Assembly: GCF_963921235.1 (NCBI RefSeq)
Contig: NC_086100.1
Coordinates: 202,866,001 to 202,930,000 of the forward strand
Length of the DNA: 64,000 bases
Direction: 5' to 3'
Source: Mobula hypostoma
Lineage: Eukaryota
Shown: positions 61,340-64,000 of the stretch, piece after piece
Position numbering within the stretch: position 1 is the first letter of the stretch
Layout of the letters: each line of letters starts with the position of its first letter
Program-made: the position numbers and the translations under genes
The notes under the pieces: generated by a model
What the model was told of the DNA's origin: nothing
What the model saw: the letters and a program-made list of their open reading frames with translations, nothing else
Database searches by the model: none

Positions 61340-61652
61340 TGTCTCCCATCCACTACATAATGTACTGGGTGGACACAGGAGTACATTCAGCCAGAGACTC
61401 ATTCCACCGAGATGCAACACAGAGCGTCATAGGAAGTCATTCCTGCTTGTGGCCATCAAACTTTACAACTCCTCCCTTGGAGGGTCAGACACCCTGAGCC
61501 AATAGGCTGGTCCTGGACTTATTTCCTGGCATAATTTACATAATACTATTTAACTATTTATGGTTTTATTACTATTTAATTATCTATGGTGCAACTGTAA
61601 TGAAAACCAGTTTCCCACATGATCAATAAAGTATGACTATGACTATGACTAT
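61340..61652 (+). mobile_element. Rex1/Babar-like 3' fragment
   Basis: Same family as 33441-34217; (GACTAT)n tail; tgata duplicated at the flanks. Confidence 0.8.
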
Positions 61653-62362
61653 GATAAGGTGCCACACACGAGACCTCTTAAGGAGATGGCAGATGAACAA
61701 AGTGAGTATTTGCATCTGTCTTTACTGGAAGACACCAGCAGTGTGCCAGTGGTTGTTGTGTTTGAAGGAAGAGAAGTGGGTGCAGCTACTATTACAAGAG
61801 AGAAGTTGCCCAAAAAGCTGAAAGACCTACAGGTACATAAGGCACCTGGACCAGTTGAACTGCTGCCAAGGGTTCTGAAAGAGAAAGCATTAGAGATTGT
61901 GGAGGTATCAGAAATGATCTTTCAAAAATCATTGGATTCTGGAATGGGGCCAGAGGACTGGAAAATTGCAAATGTCAGTCCACTCTTTAAGAAAGAATGA
62001 TGGCAGCTGAAAGAAAATTATAGACCAGTTAGCCTGACCTTAGTGGCTGGAAAGGTGATGGAATCAGTTGTTAAGGATGAGGTTATGGAGTACTTGGTGA
62101 CACAGGACAAGATAGGACAAAGTCAGCGTTGTTTCCTTTCGGGAAAATCTTGGCTGACAAACCTGTTGGAGTTCTTTGAGGAGATTACAAGTAGGATAGA
62201 TAAAGGGGATGCAGTGGATGTTGTATATTTGGACTTTCAAAAGGCCGATGACAAGGTGCCACACATATGGCGGCTTACCAAATTAAGAGCCCATGCTTTT
62301 GTAGGAAAGTTGCTAAAATGGTCCTAGCATTGGCTGACTGGTAGGAGACATCAGGTGGGAAT

Positions 62363-63320
62363 AAGACCATAAGACAATAAGATACGTGAGAAGTAGGCCA
62401 TTCGGCCCATCGAGTCTGCTCCACTGTTCAATCATGGGCTGATCCAATTCTTCCAGTCATCCCCACTCCCCTGCTTTCTCCCCTTACCCTTTGATGCCCT
62501 GGCTAATCAAGAACCTATCTATCTCTGCCTTAAATACACCCAATGACTTGGCCTCCACAGCCGCTCATGGCAACAAATTTCACCCTCTGACTAAAGTAAT
62601 TTCTCCGCATCTCTGTTCTAAATGAACGTCCTTCAATCCTGAAGTCGTGCCCTCTTGTCCTAGACTCCCCTACCATGGGAAATAACTTTGTCATATCTAA
62701 TCTGTTCAGGCCTTTTAACATTCAGAATGTTTCTATGAGATCGCCCTCATTCTCCTGAACTCCAGGGAATACAGCCCAAGAGCTGCCAGTCGTTCCTCAT
62801 ACAGTAACCCTTTCATTCCTGGAATCATTCTCGTGAATCTTCTCTGAACCCTCTCCAACGTCAGCACATCCATTCTTAAATAAGGAGCCCAAAACTGCAC
62901 AGTACTCCAAGTGTGGTCTCATGAGGCCTTATAGAGCCTCAACATCACATCCCTGCTGTTATATTCTATACCTCTAGAAATGATTGCCAACATTGCATTC
63001 GCCTTCTTCACCACCGACTCAACCTGGAGGTTAACCTTTAGGGAATCTTGCACAAGGACTCCCAAGTCCCTTTGCATCTCTGCATTTTGAATTCTCTCCC
63101 CATCTAAATAATAGTCTGCCCATTTATTTCTTCCAGCAAAGTGCATGACCATACACTTTCCAACATTGTATTTCGTTTGCCACTTCTTTGCCCATTCCTC
63201 TACACTAAGTCTCTCTTCTGGCTCTCTGTTTCCTCAACACTACCCGCTCTTCCACCTATCTTTGTATCATCGGCAAATTTAGCCACAAATCCATTCATAC
63301 CATAGTCCAAATGATTGACA
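62363..63320 (-). mobile_element. CR1 3' fragment
   Basis: ORFs 62530-62721 and 62919-63152; close to 51915-52880. Confidence 0.85.
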
Positions 63321-64000
63321 TAAAAGGATCCTTTTTTGTTTGGCTGCCAGTGTTCTACAGAGGATTGTCTTGGGACCGTTTTTTATGCTCTAAATCAATG
63401 ATTTAGATGATGGAATAATTGGCTCTGTTGCCAAGTTTGCAGATGGTATGAAGATTGGTGGAAGGGCAGATAGGGTTGAGAAACAGGTAGGATGCAGAAT
63501 GGACTTAGACAGATTAGGAGAATGGGTAAGAAAGTGGCAAATGAAATACAATGTTGGAAAATGTATGGTCATGTACTTTGGTAGTAGAAGTAAATGTTCA
63601 GACTATGTTCCAAATGGGGAGCAAATCCAAAAATCTGAGATGCAAAGGGACTTGGGAGATCTTGTGCAGAACACCCTAAGGTTAATTTGCATGTGGAGTT
63701 GGTGGTGAGGAAGGCAAATGCCATGTTTGCTTTCCTTTCAAGAGGTCTGGAGTACAAGAGTAAGGATGTGATGCTGAGGGCTTATAAGGCATTGGTGAGG
63801 TCTCACCTTGAGTGTTGTGAACAGTTTTCGGCTCCTCATCTAAGAAAAGATGTGCTGGTATTCGAGAGGGTCCAGGGGTGGTTTACAAGGATGATTCTGG
63901 GACTGAAAGTGTTATCATTTGGGGAATGTTTGATGGCTCTGGGTCTGTACTCGTTGGAATTTACAAGGGTCGGGGGGTGGATCTTATTGAAACCTTTCAG

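Larger units (their letters stand above)
54060..64000 (+). mobile_element. Patchwork of old CR1 fragments hosting younger insertions
   Basis: Decayed EN/RT ORFs 54241-54699, 55190-55438, 60574-61265, 61659-62327 and 63448-63708. Confidence 0.65.

Noticed and set aside
1..64000. CRISPR arrays, tRNA or rRNA genes
   Set aside because: None recognised; the short tandem repeats present are LINE tails or simple repeats.

Overview
Vertebrate genomic DNA, almost entirely nested transposable elements. The repeat set (dense CR1 LINEs with microsatellite tails, Penelope, Rex1/Babar-like LINEs, fish-type L1, Tc1) suggests a cartilaginous fish; this is an inference. The only host gene segment is the first coding exon of FBXO41 (+, ATG 8876, donor after 9591). 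No further FBXO41 exon is recognisable, so the remaining ~54 kb is probably one TE-filled intron. Main points: (1) a full-length L1 with two open ORFs and a 15-bp TSD (41535-47358, -). (2) Penelope-derived minimal hammerhead ribozyme motifs, all on the FBXO41 sense strand, including a 96-bp ribozyme-only insertion with a 13-bp TSD. (3) Two internally deleted, RT-dead CR1 subfamilies, each present twice with identical breakpoints, implying mobilisation in trans. (4) A composite insertion of a Penelope-end hairpin plus a perfect 80-bp inverted copy of local DNA. (5) A twin-primed 5'-inverted L1, a 541-bp foldback Tc1 MITE and nested Gypsy LTRs. All calls were made by eye. Boundaries of old elements are approximate, and family names rest on recalled motifs, not database searches.
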